This document shows positions 63,341 to 64,000 of a stretch of DNA of 64,000 nt, in pieces (position 1 is the first letter of the stretch; each line of letters opens with the position of its first letter). The notes under the pieces were generated by a model, which was given only the letters and a program-made list of their open reading frames with translations, had not been told where the DNA came from and searched no databases. The position numbers and the translations under genes are program-made. The DNA lies in assembly GCA_963765895.1 (NCBI GenBank), contig CAVXZB010000088.1:122236-186235 (forward strand), in the 5' to 3' direction. Source of the stretch: an uncultured Nitrososphaeraceae archaeon (GTDB lineage Archaea; Thermoproteota; Nitrososphaeria; Nitrososphaerales; Nitrososphaeraceae).

Positions 63341-64000
63341 TTCCTATATAGAATGATTATATAAATTATTTATGAATTTAAGGTTGAATGTCCAGAACAA
63401 TCATAGCAAAATTATATGGCATTATCTAGCAGTGCCTGGAGTCTAAGCTTGAGTTTATAAACAGAATAATGTGCAAGTTGGGTTATACAAGACTCGCTGC
63501 GACACTGGGCTCTTTTACACAGTTAGGTAAGCCCCAATGACAAAATTCTTTATTCCTGGATGCACAACAATTTTTTATTCCCATGTCCAATATAACGTTT
63601 ATCCTAATACTGCTTAATGATAAATTAGGTCATCGCATAATAAGCAAGTCCAAACTTAAGTGCGAATTGGTCATAAGAAATATAATGACTACTACAAAAC
63701 ATATTGCCTCGATTCTCAAAAGTGCTCATTAGTAGTTCAAGATCTTGGTAAATATACTATGCACGGATGTACTTTCCATTGCCGGGGTTATCGGTCTACC
63801 TACATTTGCTCGACTTTAGTGGCATTGTTTTTAATTAAACATGGATTTAAGTTATATTGTAATTTTTTTATCTTTCATTTTAATAATATTATAAAACTGG
63901 GGGTTAAATTGGCCTGGTGAATCTTAGGTCATTTTATTTGGGATGTGTTAATTTTAGTCAGGTTGCTAGCATCTAAGCCTTAGTTGCGTTAGACTTGGAA

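Noticed and set aside
1-64000. tRNA/rRNA genes, IS elements, integrases, amo genes and defence systems
   Set aside because: None was recognisable by eye. The ammonia-oxidiser assignment rests on gene content and sequence style, not on amo genes in this window.

Overview
Low-GC archaeal chromosomal DNA, most consistent with a soil-type ammonia-oxidising archaeon (Nitrososphaerota, probably Nitrososphaeraceae). Evidence: thermosome, rpL44e/rpS27e/rpS19e, Rpp21, Nep1, TFE, GTP cyclohydrolase III, late cobamide genes and a cupredoxin. Bases 1-25 kb are gene-dense core genome, with a cobD-cbiP-cbiB-cobS-cobY operon, asd, ctaB, a Zn-dehydrogenase/CitE-like pair, a six-gene riboflavin operon, tfe and a DEAD-box helicase. 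Bases 25-64 kb are gene-sparse accessory DNA with pseudogenes, small Zn-finger and membrane ORFs, transporters, a metal-independent formate dehydrogenase, proline-catabolism genes and several secreted His/Met-rich or Cu-binding proteins. About 11 genes, including essential ones, are split by small frameshifting indels (mostly one base) that are probably sequencing errors. I saw no rRNA, tRNA, CRISPR array or transposase. Best leads: (i) an HxxE-type amidohydrolase translationally coupled inside the riboflavin operon, a candidate for the missing archaeal pyrimidine deaminase; (ii) a formate dehydrogenase with Asn in place of the NAD-specifying Asp, so possibly NADP+-using; (iii) a secreted peptide whose 45-aa mature part has 24 His, alongside other secreted Met/His metal-binding proteins; (iv) a CbiP/CobQ lacking its glutaminase domain. 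All family calls come from motif recognition by eye, with no database searches.
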